NCBI GenBank assembly: GCA_965203295.1
Contig: CBDBCZ010000004.1
Span: forward strand, 26,687 to 90,686
DNA: 64,000 nucleotides
Reading direction: 5' to 3'
Source of the DNA: Nitrospirales bacterium
GTDB taxonomy: Bacteria > Nitrospirota > Nitrospiria > Nitrospirales > UBA8639
The notes beneath the pieces were generated by a model. That model was not told the origin of the DNA. It saw only the letters and a list, made by a program, of their open reading frames with translations, and did not search any database. The translations under genes and the position numbers were made by a program. How positions within the stretch are numbered: position 1 is the stretch's first letter; each line of letters opens with the position of its first letter. This document shows, piece after piece, positions 1-12,682 of the stretch.

Positions 1-2082
1 ATGTAACACCACTTCCGAGATCTATACCAAAGTGATTTTTAACCAGACTGTGACATTCGAGGTAGAAATCATCGCTGTAAGGTTGCGCTGGAGTAGAAGC
101 ACGAGTGGTCATTAACAGCATCCACAAGCGTGTATCCACACCTTTAATTTCATTCTCAGCACCTTTAAAAGCAAATGTTCACTGTGAGAATAAAACGGAG
201 ATATTGAAGATCAAACTCTTACCGTAGTATCTGGGCATGTCATAGATGTCATCAGGAATACCACTGGGACAGTTGGCTAGTGCGTTTTGGCGAATCTTGT
301 GACTGTTCCAATACATCTTGAATAGCTCGAGTTCCCGTTGTATAATAGGAAGGAAGACTACGGCCAAGCACTTGCTGTATTAATTTAGTGAAAATACGTA
401 TTGATGGAATTTCAATAGTTTCATTCAATAATTCAGAGAACACAAACATGACACATTTTTATTTATGAAACATGGTCTTACCGATACTTTTCATCACTGG
501 GTATGAATTCTCCAGCATGAAGTAGTTCCTAAATATAACATCACCATCATTGTCATGTTGATACGTAGTAGTTCAGCAGTTCATCAAATAATCTTGTACC
601 TTGAAGACATTGAGCCACCACCCAGTCTTATGGCGGCGTAATTGGGACCATCAGCTTTCAATGCGCTATATAAGTAACATTAACATTATAACAATACCAT
701 GCATGCATGCACTAGAATACCAGTATAAAGCAGTCATTATAGATATGCTTACGATGTTAGCGGGAGATGTCCCATACATTGCACTCTTCTCTCCTGCCAA
801 ACTATCGCCATCATTCATACGAAAAGCTGCCTGTGCTGCTCCTGTAAGGCCATTCTCAGTACCGCAATCCATACGCAATATAGTAGGGCAACCTATACAT
901 TGCAGAAGGTAACACAAACTCTCATAATATAGCTTGCTAATAAAAAACCTATATTCCAACCCCTTGAGAAACGTCATTATACCTTTTAACTCTCCAACAC
1001 ATTCAAGATAATAATGTAGTATTACTCGTGGGTCATGGTTGGTTGATCCAACCTTGATCCAAAGTATTTTTCGAGAGAAGCTGCAGGGATGGCGAAGAGT
1101 ACTACATTCAATAATAGTCTGTAAGACCGCGTGCTATAACAATCTGTGCTATTGGATTAGTGCTGCCACTTCAAACATACCCATCAACACAGCCGTGAAT
1201 ACAGAAACCAAACGGGCTCAGCTTGTCGTAGCCGTCCATGTGCCAGCAGTAATTAGGTCCCTATTGTATACATGACATTGTACAATCATGGAATACATAC
1301 AACACCTGTGTAGATTATAAGCTGTATATATATCCTTATGTGCATGGGCATGAGACAGACTTGTTATAGTATTAATACACACATACCCTATTCAGGTACA
1401 CACGCCGACTTAAGCAGTGGTTCCGCCGCCGCTGCACACCAATTGGATCCAACTCTTTCAAGATCTGCATCACAGTATCTCTATCAGGGTATATGCAAGT
1501 ATGCATGACTGTGAAGGATTAATTGTGGGCTCGTGCTCACTAAGCATACACGCAAGTACAAGTAAATTTACCTTCTTGTAACCACCAAATATTTATCCTT
1601 CAAAAGCTTCCACATACTTCTGTATCCAATTGTGCAGTTAGAGGTACGCAGTTCACGCTATGCATGTTGAAAATGTTCTTGTCACACACTGATTCAGTGT
1701 CATCACTATACAGTAGCTAGCTCTTGCCAACCTGAATGCAATTCCTCACAACTTGCTCAGGAGCATAGGCTCGTCATGACACACCTAACCTCTTATACTC
1801 GGCTTTTAACCATGTTAAGCTAAAAGGGATAGAATATTTTTAGCTTCACGCATGCGGATGCAGTCATTAGCGTTGTGTGCCCCTAGCCTACCCTCGCTTG
1901 ATTCCATGCACTTCTTCGAGCCTTGCCAGCACCAGTTTATATGGCCTCCAGGAATAGAAGTACTTGAGCAGTATTTCTGTTAACAAGCGGAAAACTGATA
2001 ATAATAGCTAGGATGTGGCAGCAATGAACACGCTACACTTACGGTCCAGTTTGGCTTTGGTTAGCTCTATCTTCCTCGCCAT
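1..2082 (-). pseudogene. Intron-containing DDE integrase/transposase gene (IS3EU-like), ~10 exons, runs off the left edge; two in-frame stops
   Basis: Manual GT-AG splicing gives MARKIELTKAKLD/LFRLLTEILLKYFY.../RELRTSNCTIGYRSMW.../[44 protein letters not shown].../[15 protein letters not shown]...SPANI/RIES*WSQLRR.../..WNSHKIR.., containing the integrase D-D-E motifs. TGA at 1774-1776 and 651-653. Confidence 0.85.
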
Positions 2083-2199
2083 CACGCTTGTGACAAACAA
2101 CTAGGAATAATATTTCCCGGTATATTATTATGTGCAACATGAATGCAAGAGTACTATTAAACAGCTCGAATGCAACATCGTGAACTGGATGGAGGAATG

Positions 2200-2420
2200 C
2201 AAACCGTGAACGCGAATGCAAAATCGTAAACGCGAAAGCAAAATCGTAAATGCGAATGTAAAATCGTAAATGCGAATGCGAAATCGTAGAACGCGAATGC
2301 GAAATCGTAAACGCGAATGCGAAATCGTAAACGCGAATGCGAAATCGTAAATGCGAATGCGAAATCGTAAATGCGAATGCGAAATCGTAAATGCGAATGC
2401 GAAATCGAAAACGCGAATGC
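2200..2420. repeat. Tandem array of a 20-bp unit (GCGAATGCGAAATCGTAAAY), ~10 copies
   Basis: Read directly; lies between the putative terminus and the integrase start. Confidence 0.95.
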
Positions 2421-2570
2421 ACGAGCGACTGTCTCGGCCACCGTACTTTTCTCATTTGAAGTCCCTGCAACTGCAATACTATAGAATGTGTTAGTTCTCT
2501 CATCAGATCTTCCACTTGAAAATCTATGATTGGGGTTATAAACAAATTCTATTTTGTTGCATTCTCCAAG

Positions 2571-3366
2571 TACAAGAATTGGTGGGACAACTGCCAAAGT
2601 GTCACAGAGAGAACCCTGGCATCTTTCATGTCTGCCACCTCAAGGACTCATGTTGGAATCTATGGCAACTCCGATCCACGGGATATTTCACAATGGGTGC
2701 CTATTCTGGCACTTAACGTACCAGAATCAGAAGGCCAGGTTTGTGTGTGTGTGTGCGTGTGCGTGTGCGTGTGCGTGTGCGTGTGCGTGTGCGTGTGCGT
2801 GTGCGTGTGCGTGTGCGTGTGCGTGTGCGTGTGCGTGTGCGTGTGCGTGTATGTGTGTGTTTGCGTGTGTATTGCTGACACATTTTTCGATCTAGGTCAT
2901 TACCATTTAGTGTGTTTGTGCGTGTGTGCTTGCGTTCTTGTGTGTGTGTGCTTGCGTTCATGTGTGTATGAGCCGACATTCAGAATATAGTCTATCGAGC
3001 TCCGCATTTAATAGTAATGAGCTCTGCTAGACCCTAAGTGCAGAGGGTCTAGTTCAATAGACTAATCACAATATTGCTAACACATTTGTTACTGTATATA
3101 GCTATGCTTGTCATTATTTACTAGTTATTATGTGCTTGTGTGACACTGCATTATTGTTGACCAGTTATCCCCTGAGGAGCTGACATACTAGCAGGAAGAC
3201 TCTGTTTGCACATACACAACAGGGGTCAGTTGGCATCGTGTGTCAAGATGTTTTAACTTCCCTACACATTTAAGTACTGTATGCTTATACCGGAGATTTT
3301 GATGACCCTAGTGCCATCATCACTGGTTTGCAGTATACCTATGGCACTGAAGACATTACTGAACTG
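2571..3366 (+). pseudogene. Tectonic-like exon remnants (2571-2738, 3165-3366)
   Basis: ..HVGIYGNSDPRDISQWVPI.. and ..CQDVLTSL..YAYTGDFDDPSAIITG.. resemble Tectonic C-terminal motifs (V..FGN....WVPI; Y...G...P.A.I). Splice sites present; stop and frameshift in the second exon. Confidence 0.5.
2741..2870. repeat. (GT)n/(GCGTGT)n microsatellite
   Basis: Read directly. Confidence 0.97.
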
Positions 3367-3472
3367 GTAAGTTTGCATTACGAAGTACATGTACACTGAT
3401 TTACTTTTGATGGATGTACATATAGCTAAATACTGTGTTGGACGTATTCTATTATAGGAGTTGCTCCATTTG

Positions 3473-3676
3473 GCTTTAGCTAAGTATAGGTTAGAGACCA
3501 GATGCAAGTCACTACGAGGTTTTAGAAACCGAGGGTGAGGGGCGTGAATGATGCTATAGTGACCGAGGCGAAGCCGAGGTTACTATCTATGCTATTGCAG
3601 CATTCTCGCCCCGACCACGAGGTTTCAAACCGAGTAGTGACTCGCACCTGGTCTCTAACCTATACTTAGCTAAAGC
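3473..3676. mobile_element. ~200-bp MITE with ~45-bp imperfect TIRs, inserted in a LINE 3' fragment
   Basis: GCTTTAGCTAAGTATAGGTTAGAGACCAG.. / ..CTGGTCTCTAACCTATACTTAGCTAAAGC; internal CGAGGCGAAGCCGAG motif. It splits LA/KLRAGCLPLGVETGRY. Confidence 0.8.
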
Positions 3677-4040
3677 TCCGGGCTGGGTGTCTGCCTTTGG
3701 GAGTGGAGACCGGGCGTTACCGGACTCTTAAGGCTCCCCTGGAGTGGCGGGTCTGTCAGGTTTGCAATACAGATTTTGTTGAGGATGAATTTCATTTTGT
3801 TATGGTATGTAATAAACTCGAACATGAAAGGAATAACTTACTATATATCACTCTAAAGGACCTGTCATTCATGCACCTAAACCCTTTTAATAAGTTTCTG
3901 TATATATTAAGAAATGAATCGTGTTATCATATCTTATTGGCTAAATGTTTGTATAAAATGTTTACTGGGCACCATTATATATACATAATTTTTTTGTATT
4001 ATAATGGGCATGTAAACTTTGATTGATTGATTGATTGATC
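3677..4040 (+). mobile_element. LINE ORF2 3' end (Zn-knuckle) with (TTGA)n tail
   Basis: LRAGCLPLGVETGRY..CQVC..VEDEFHFVMVC, followed by TTTGATTGATTGATTGATTGA at ~4018-4039. Confidence 0.8.
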
Positions 4041-4360
4041 TATTTGGACAGTTAAAAACAACATAGAGTAAATGATCAGTACAGCAGAATCAATACAACA
4101 TAGGATGGGGTACCTGTTGCTCTGGTTGAGGTAGGGATGATTTCTTACCACCATGACACCCTAGGGTATGCTGAAGGGGAGAAAGGTCAGTGTCAATTGC
4201 TTCAATATATATACATCATCCTGTTACAGCACAACGATACAGGGATTATCATCCTGCAGTCTGTTTAGTGTGTTAGGCTAGCTTGCGGCATGAAGGGAAG
4301 AAACAGACAGATTCCCACCCACATAAATGTACTACCTATGAAATAATTCCAAAGTTATTG

Positions 4361-4636
4361 TAGTCTCGTGCCCAGCCCCACGTTAGGAAGTTGGGTCTGG
4401 CTCCCCGCATATTCAAAGTTGGGGCAGCATTACGTCAGCGGTCCCAGATCTGGACCGGCAATCTGATTGATTACTTATAGTATTACATCACTAAACGGTT
4501 GTAGTATCCGGATATCTACACGAATGGCCACATGGACACTTTCCGTTTGGTGATGTAATATGATGTAACGCTAACCCAACTTTGAATATACGGGGAGCCA
4601 GACCCACTTTCTAACGTGGGGCTGGGCATGAGACTA
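4361..4636. mobile_element. MITE with TAGTCTC..GAGACTA ends, ~60-bp TIR, 9-bp TSD
   Basis: TSD AAGTTATTG/AAGTTATAG (8/9 match); long imperfect TIRs. Confidence 0.85.
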
Positions 4637-5397
4637 AAGTTATAGGGGTTCATTCCTTAAGGACAAACTGTTAGTAATTATTCATCAGAATGAGAATATC
4701 TCAAGGGACACAATCTACCAGGGGTTGAGACCAACCTCTTGCTTGTCTCTAGCTTATACCAGATTCCTTTGCAATGATCATGGTAGTAGCTATATAGACA
4801 AACAATCATCCAAACCTTGTAGTTACTTGGCTGCCCCAACTTTTTTCACTTACAGTAAGTGAAAAAAAAGCTCTGACCGCTGGGTATGAGGGCTACCAGA
4901 AACATATTGTGAAGAGATGATGAAAGCCATGTATATAAAATTACAGGAACTAGATATAATCTTGTGACACATGTAACAAGATGGTGAATAAAGAACGTCA
5001 CATCAAGCAGACATCTGTACTCTCTGAATCGGACTGTCCACTTTCTGCATAAGCCTATCTCTCTGCTCAGGAGATTGTCAGGTTTCCCCTGGATGTGATG
5101 AGCTGCTGGATGCCAACTCTGAATGTACGTCTGCAACAGATATAATTGAGGAAGAATATACTATGTAATCATGAACCGGGTTCTACTAAGGGAACAATCA
5201 GCATTTTGATGTGAATGAGTAAGGTTGAAGATTTTCAGTTTTTGGGTATACATATGTTCAAGATGTGATTCTGCAAAATTATTTAATTCCCTCAGCCAGA
5301 TATATGAGCAACTACATGTAGTATATTGAAAAGAAAAAATGCTTAATAAATTACAAAAAATTAGCAAAAAGAAAAAATTTCTAGTGAGCGTTTTTTA

Positions 5398-5578
5398 AAA
5401 GTTTCACCCAAAGATTAGCAACAGCAAACACTTGACGTTAATTCTGGTGAGTGTTTTAAAAAGAGAAAGAAAAAAGAGAAAAGTTTCACCCAAAGATTAG
5501 CAACAGCAAACACTTGGCGTTAATTTCTGGTGAGCGTTTTAAAAAAAGAGAAAAAAAAAAGAAAAAGTTTCACCCAAA
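5398..5578. repeat. Two full and one partial tandem copies of an ~80-bp unit
   Basis: AAAGTTTCACCCAAAGATTAGCAACAGCAAACACTTG.CGTTAATT.CTGGTGAG units separated by A-tracts. Confidence 0.85.
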
Positions 5579-5715
5579 GGGCCAGGATGTGAAAGCTCAA
5601 GCGGCTAACGAACAAGAACTGACCCCGATGGATCCACTCCGCAGCGCGTACAGGTTTATACTGGAATTAAGGGAGGTAGGGGGCGGTCCCTAAGCCATAA
5701 TGCCCCAAACCTTCA

Positions 5716-5947
5716 GTGCACGAGCCGAGATTCGAACTCGCGATCACTGTCTCCAGACACTGCGCTACTGCTCCCAGCACCACGAGGGTGTTGGTGACAA
5801 GAGTCAAACATTTCTCTCTTTTATGTTAGCACTACTTTTATACACATCCGCAAAAGAAAAAAGGAAAATTGAAGTTCCCGGGCGGATTCGAACCCGCGAC
5901 CTTTTCATTTGAAGGCGAGGCGATTACCGCTAAGCCACGCCTGCTTC
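5716..5947 (-). repeat. Two tandem degenerate tRNA-like (Pol III A/B-box) sequences, ~5716-5787 and ~5871-5947
   Basis: B boxes GTTCGAATC / GGTTCGAATCC; A box TGGCTTAGCGGT in one copy. The stems do not close properly. Confidence 0.6.
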
Positions 5948-6046
5948 TGGAAATTTGATATAAAATTTTTCAGTTAAATAAGGGGTATGGCAATAGGCGC
6001 GAACAGCTCGAGGTTGCACTGCCGGGCCTTAATTTTTTTTTTTTGT

Positions 6047-6085
<39 letters not shown>

Positions 6086-6279
6086 GGGGAAGCTTATGAC
6101 GTACGGTCGTTTCAGAATTATTCGTTTTGCCGACTAAAGCTACAAACGACAGCAACCGATCCAGATACGTAGAGGTCTAGCACATTAAATTTTAATAGTC
6201 TAATTCTAACTAGCTAGCTAGCTACAACTTCTACCATCGATAATATAGCCTAGATCTAACCTAGGGTATAATATCTATG

Positions 6280-6384
6280 CTTCTACCCACCATGGGATCG
6301 CTTACAGTATTGCAGTAAGCTTATCTGCATCGCTTGCAGTAAAGTGGATACTGCAAGTGATCATGATCCCTTGGTGGGTAGAAG
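6280..6384. mobile_element. ~105-bp fold-back/MITE
   Basis: CTTCTACCCACCATGGGATC / GATCCCTTGGTGGGTAGAAG inverted ends. Confidence 0.6.
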
Positions 6385-7285
6385 TTGGCCAGTCTACGCA
6401 TAGATAATATAGCTACCCTGTTAACTGCACGGCGCTAAGTTGTAACCCAGCCTTTACGTAATCTCGTAGGCCATACTAACTCTGGCCCGCGAGACTAGCC
6501 TTTTGCGTGTCTGCATACATATCATGTAGCTATACTGTTGAAATTTCTGGTCTTTTAAACGCTAAGAAAATAATGATATCCAACCAGGGTTCTATCTAGG
6601 ATTTTTAGTTTGGGGGAGAAGATCAGGCTTGAAATTGATAGTGGGTGGGGGGGCTGCGGCCACAGGCCAGAGTGTTCTAGGGGGGTCTCAGAAAATTTTT
6701 GTAATTTTGAGCCTTGTGAGAGTGGTTCTGAGGTATTTTAAGACGTTGTGAGGTCGTGGTAGCTGTGGTATTACAGACACATTCTTAGCTAGTGTACCAT
6801 ACATTACAAGTAAGTCCTTTAAAGATTGTAAGTAAGTCCTTTAAAGTTTCCCCTGCCGAAAATCATCTAATGTAGTAAGTGAATTACAGTAAAAGAAGTG
6901 TTATTAATTAACCAAATGGGGAAGTAGTAGCAAAAACATGACGTAAGTGTGAAGAAGACATACTCAAGTGGACACTGGAATTAGCACATGAATAAAGTTA
7001 TCATGTTCCCACTGTATGTTGCAGTTCTTTTAGAACCCTGCCAACAGTATACATGTACAAGTATAGATTCAATACAAATGTGAGTGATGTTTAAAAAAGT
7101 GTGCATATGCGTGACACGTAATATATAATCCATGAAAAACGGAGCTGACGTGCACCGGGCCGACATGGCTCCGCCGCCCTTACATGCTAAGCTTAACTGA
7201 TTTACCCAGCAAGTGCATGGTTTTGCAATATTAAATACCACAGCTAATAGAGCCCCGTTTTCATTTTATACAGCATTGAATCAGG

Positions 7286-7453
7286 ATGGCATTTGTGACC
7301 GATGTGAAAGTGATTTCTGGAGGCAATGCAAGTATTCGTCCACCAGATGGATACACTAGGATTGATGTAGATCTAAATGCTGGGGCTGGTGGAAAGTACA
7401 TATACCTCTGCTACCAGAATGGTGGAAGGGCTGATGCAATTAGAGGACTCCAG
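7286..7453 (+). CDS. First coding exon of an MABP-like (beta-prism) domain protein; downstream exons not found
   Basis: MAFVTDVKVI..PPDGYTRIDVDLNAGAGGKYIYLCY..AIRGLQ|gt, with the DLN.G.GG.YIYLCY motif; an acceptor (tttatacag) lies just upstream of the ATG. Confidence 0.65.
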
Positions 7454-7607
7454 GTCAGTGGCAGTTTTGCAGTAGAGACCACTTTGCATGCAAACTAAAT
7501 CTAGAGCTTGTGATGTGGTACAAACAAGATTAAAAAGGGTGTACTTGTCTCGTATATACTGAACACTCCCTAGTACTTATGCTATTAAATATGCCATCAG
7601 AATAAGT

Positions 7608-8018
7608 TGGGGATTAGTCAGTGCACTTTTCGGCCATTTCCTGAACAAATGGATATTGTGTACTGCACATGTATAAAGTGCTGCTTTTCAGTAAAGTGAA
7701 TTTTCAATTTTTATTTTTCACAAATTACCTCAAATAAGCTGTATTTCGATTAGACTCGGAGTCTTTACTCTGCATGTGGAATTTCACAATAATTTTGTGA
7801 TGCACAGAACTGAATTGGAGATTAGTCAGTGCACTTTTTGGCCATTTCCTGAACAAATGGATATTGTGTAGTGCACATGTAAGTGCTGCTTTTCAGTAAT
7901 GTGAATTTTGTAGTAAATTCAATTTTTATTTTTCAAATAAACTCAGATAAGCTGTATTTCGATAAGACTTCACCCTGCATGTGGAATTTCACAATAGTTT
8001 TGTGATGCACAGAACTGA
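7608..8018. repeat. Direct tandem duplication of ~205 bp
   Basis: TTGG(G/A)GATTAGTCAGTGCACTTTT..GATGCACAGAACTGA at 7608 and ~7816. Confidence 0.9.
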
Positions 8019-8030
8019 GTTTCTCATGAG

Positions 8031-11000
8031 TGCTGTCAGCCTATCAGCAAGAGATCACAAAGTTGAAGCAACAGCTTGAACACAGGTTCATACAGTTAGT
8101 ACAATAATTAAGATATAACCACAGCTAGAATACGTGTACAAACATACCAGCCTCAACAGCTAGACCATACTAGCTATTCGCGATAATTGAGATACAGCCC
8201 ACATCTACATACTGCTGCTATAGGGGGAATATTTTGGGTCATGAAGAAATTGAGAGGCTTGAAAGAGAAAGGGAGAAAGCTCAAAAGCAAAAGGTGGGAA
8301 GGGTGCAATTGAGACAAGTCTGCCATGGTGAATCTACTGCTGTTGAAATGATTCTCCCAATACTTCTCCCAATACTTCTCCTTCATAGGCAGCAGTTCTG
8401 GAGGCCCACCAACAACTAATGAGTCAAACTCAAGCTGAGAGAGATACCTTGTATGGCAAGATAGCAGACCTGGAAAAAGTGGTATTTTGTGAATGATGTA
8501 TGTAGAGAAGTAACATACATATGTGTGATGTGTACATATGCATGTTTTTGCCAAATTACGTTACTGATCATGTTAGATGTATACGTATACTACCAGCAAC
8601 CAGCTGCAGAGTTGTGACGAACCTTTCAATAGCCTGGTAGACTAATGAGTCAACTCTTACCCATGTAGTTTGGAGCAGAATAATGTAGCAATTGTTTTCT
8701 TAAATGTTCAGCTTCTTCATGGTGACAGTAGAGACATTAGTGAGTCTGAAGTGTTCCAATAAGCTATCCAAATGGTTAGACTTGTCAATGATCATATATT
8801 ACAGTGCAAATATTTGAACTTATTTCCCTTCCTTTAATTGCTGCTACTAGGCAACAGATCGGATTAGACATGAATCTGAGTCACAGTTAGAGCGCAGGCT
8901 TGCTACTGAGAAGAAAGGTTAGCTTACATTGTACTTTGACCCCAATACCTTCCAAATCCATACATGCAGGGGGTGATAATATTTCGCAGGGCCTGAGATT
9001 GTTCTTACCCTGTCTGACATTAACATTATAAAGCTGTCCACTGCAAATCCTTGTAGAGGTTCAACCCCACCACTTGCTATGTACATACATAGCAATTGAT
9101 ATAATCATGAGTTGTCATTAATTGCGCAGGCACTAAACTAGTCTATCCCAAGAATTATATGGTAAACACCTACAACAACCCCATTAATAATCAGTACCAC
9201 TTAATCTAACATATCGTAGTATAATAGAGAAGGTGCAGCAGGTATGCTAGCCACAAAAAAATTGTACCAAAATTCTTTGGCCCATCTCAGCTCTAGTTTA
9301 GTCAGTTGATTTAGTATTGTGAGTCTGCACCATGCACTCCACCTTCTGTCCATCTCCAGGCCGCAATTCCTCCCTTAGCTTGGTAAAGTAGTCTCTCTGT
9401 TTCTCCACCTCTGCACGCTCATCTTGCAGCCTCTATGAATGTACAGTGAAATAGAGTGATGTGTGTGAAAAAAGCCTTTCACCACAAAAAATCTTACAGT
9501 GAAGGAGAAACTTATGGAGAGGGGAAAAAAGACCATTTTCAACTGAATATGAGGTTAATAACAGCTCAGCTCTTAGCTAATCATATGTACAAATAAACGG
9601 TAACTTTTTGCTCATACTAAAATCACAAACCTTACGATGGGAGCCCAGCCCTCAGCTTTGACTTTGCAGATCCAAGTCCTTCTCAGGTAGCACAAGCCCT
9701 CAGATCACGACAGCAAAGTAACTGCTACACATAGAACTACCATGAACTATCGGTCAACTTTGCCAGCAGCTGTGATATTGCTACCAGCCAAGCTGTATTA
9801 CTTTAATTAAAGCTCCCGCTGCAGCACTCTGGTAACCAATCACAGCCTAACCAACATGGCTAGCACCAGCACTAAAACGACTACAATGCCTAACATATGA
9901 ACACACCATTCATTGCATTCAAATGATAGAAAATACAATGATACCGGTATATATTGTTAAAGTATGATAGCATTATCCGTATACATGTACCATCATAGCT
10001 ACTGTTGCAGTGTATGTGTACGCGCATACTCAGACTGTATGTGCATACATATACGTACATAATATGCCCCCTTTCTCACAGGATGACCCAGACACACCAG
10101 AAGAGATTGAAAGAGGATCCTGTGAGTCCATAAGGTTTGTAAAGTCAGGCCATTAATGAAAGTGCTGATTGTTAGAGCTTGAATCTATGCACACTGATGT
10201 AAATAGAATCAAGCTAGTGTTTAATATAACGGTCTTCAGACATTTTCTGCAGTAATTACATTTTATGGGCATTGTTATATTCTTCTTAAAGCTCTAGTCA
10301 AGCATTATCCCCTGTCTGCAGAGAAGTTAAAGGGTGCTTCTAGAACAAAAATGCCATCGACTGGTATGCTTATTAGGAATTGAATTGGCATTTTCACCTA
10401 TGCTTAATTTATGTTACATATGTCACACTAATTCTGCCTGTACACTTTGAAATTCTCAGATACCGCATTGTTGTAGGGCATGTGCATAGTATGTGTATGA
10501 TCCATTTTGTGAGAAGATATGTGCAGACTCACAGTAATAAATTTACAAACACAATTAAATACATACTGCAGTTAAAACGGTATAGCTGAAAAGTGAATTA
10601 GTTTTGAAACGGCTACTGTTTCAGTTCACTTAAAGTAGCTATCAAAATCTATCTAATGGAGTGCTCATCTGCTTCATGTTCCCTAGTAGCGTTCAACTCA
10701 ACAATGAAGTCTAAATCAATTGCTACACAATCAACCTACAGACGACGTATGCGTCTTACTTTCTAATTCATGCAATTGGTACATTCTATCATTTTCTCCT
10801 TACTTTATAGGATGTAGGCCAGAGACTTATGGATCTTAATGTGTTTACAGAGATTCAGGGTAGGAACCTGTCACTTCACATACATGTACTATAGCACAGA
10901 TATATTTTGTGCATATGTTTGCCTTTTGATATGGTTTTGTATGTACATTCATATTTCACCACCAATACAGTGCAACTGCATATAACTGTATATAAAAGCA

Positions 11001-12560
11001 TAAATACAGGAAAAGTTCTTGATCATGATTCCCTGCAGTTGGCACACAGTTTTTTGTTTCTGACTCGGTGTACTACCAGTTTTGTGAGCCTGCGCTCACG
11101 ACGATCAGTTCTCGAGGACCCATGCTTAGCAGATTACAAACCATTCATTTACTTGTAGCACCTTGTATTACAGCTAACTAATCTTTGTTATCCATTCTCA
11201 CTTGTCATGCTATTGTCGATCAACCTGGCAATGCACAGTAGCCTTCCTCATATAGTATGCACGTACAATTTCTCACTCTGATGTTTACTCTCTTTTTTGC
11301 CTAGACCCGGCTCTCTAGCAAGTGCCAGTGAATACTCAGGGTCAGTGTAGTACAAAGTACACGGACTATCCCTTCATTACTGGGATGTGAATTGCAGTTA
11401 AAGACTGAAAAGTGGAGTAGCAGATAGGATTGCATTGGGAGTTCAAAAAGGAAACTTTCCCTTTCCTACACACAAACTTTGTAGTTGGGGCTTCTCCACA
11501 GTATCATCCTCAGCATCCCTGGAGTCTATAGTTTCATTACGAATTTAAGGGGATTTACTGGAGCATTTTGGGCTGTCTGACCTTCAACCATCACAGCTTC
11601 ATGCTGCTGCTATCTATGGTATGTTACACTCATATGTACATTGATGCTTGCATGATGAAGGTTGAATTGAGAGAGGGTCAATTATTTAATGTGAAACATG
11701 CCACACAGAAACGGTAAGCACTAAGTACAGTAATGAAGTACACATCACTCTCTCCCAGCCATGGTTACACGTGCGTACAGTATGCACCCATATAATATAC
11801 GTAGGGGTAAGCATATTATACTGTATTATATATCTTGACATCTAAAATATTAAACGCATAGAGTTAAGCCTCTGTGTAGACATCAAGCACACTGTATATG
11901 CCAGACAGCTTTGCGTGATGAACTATTAGTCACTAACTTGCAGCTGGTCATCTACATCAAGTAGCTAGGCCTTTTAAGTTTGGTCCAACTGGAGCCAGAT
12001 TTCGTATGTGTTCAAACTGAAGATATGCAATGGTGCAATCTAGTCTTGTAACATCCTCACCCCTACAAACATTGATGACTAAGGGTTAGCAAGCAGTTAT
12101 AATTAATGTGTTCAATGATGTGGAACCACTACATGTACCTTAAATAGTAAGTACAAGAAGTCATCATCATTCTTAGCCATGAACAAGATTATAGTAGAAC
12201 TCTTGAGTGAAAACATGTAGACAACAAGAGCGGTGCCTTTTATGTGTCCTGTAGCCTCGTTCCCGGGCTCTACATCCCAGCTTTTCTTCGCACGCTTATT
12301 TTACTACGTTAGAAAAAAGCTGGGAAGTAAAACCCGGGAATGAGGCTGGTGTGCCTGCTCCTTTATCGTCAGATCTTATAGGTTTGTGCATGCAGTTATT
12401 ACCTTAATATTCCTGCTCTCTCTTCTCTCAGGTGTGGCACAGTACCCGAGCAAAGTCACTGCGCAGTAAAGCCAGCTCTACCTTTAGGTCTACTCGAAAG
12501 AGTAGCTCTGTTTCCTTCAGCACTGTCTGCAAGGGATACACTGTTTCACAGGTTTGTACA
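8031..12560 (+). pseudogene. Kinesin-like stalk/tail exon remnants, duplicate copy 1 (paralog of 31109-33520)
   Basis: LSAYQQEITKLKQQLEH / GNILGHEEIERLEREREKAQKQK / ..QLERRLATEKK exons; stop codons; near-identical to 31.1-33.5 kb. Confidence 0.65.
12252..12348. mobile_element. Short TAGCCTCG-type MITE; empty site in the paralog
   Basis: TAGCCTCGTTCCCGGG..CCCGGGAATGAGGCTG. Target GTGTGCCTG is imperfectly duplicated here and single at 33398-33406. Confidence 0.85.
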
Positions 12561-12682
12561 TTCACAAGAATGGCACATAAACTGCAGCTGATACATTGTA
12601 TAATGCAGATAGGTAGTAATATTATACTCGTGTCGCTATCGTAGCGCGTATGCCATTGAGCACGCACACACATAGGCGACAT

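Larger units (their letters stand above)
1..2445 (-). mobile_element. One end of an IS3EU-like DNA transposon
   Basis: Minus strand reads TACGGTGGCC... from 2445, then a subterminal tandem array, then the integrase ATG. TAY termini are what I recall for IS3EU. The other end lies outside the window. Confidence 0.55.

Noticed and set aside
651..653. TGA at a conserved Trp as alternative genetic code or selenocysteine
   Set aside because: Other Trp codons are TGG and a second stop exists, so ordinary pseudogenisation is simpler.
2200..2420. 20-bp array (and the 59140-59460 array) as CRISPR
   Set aside because: Units abut with no unique spacers, there are no cas genes, and the context is eukaryotic.
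2157..2597. Minus-strand ORF VVPPILVLGECNKIEF as a HECT-like second IS3EU gene
   Set aside because: No catalytic motif; the plus strand explains the region better (Tectonic-like), and the ORF is extended by the repeat array.
3168..3230. CTGAGGA..GGAAGAC as a third hammerhead
   Set aside because: No GAAA core at the right position; the sequence lies in an exon remnant.
5871..5947. Functional tRNA (possible TCA/TTC anticodon)
   Set aside because: Acceptor, anticodon and T stems do not pair properly.
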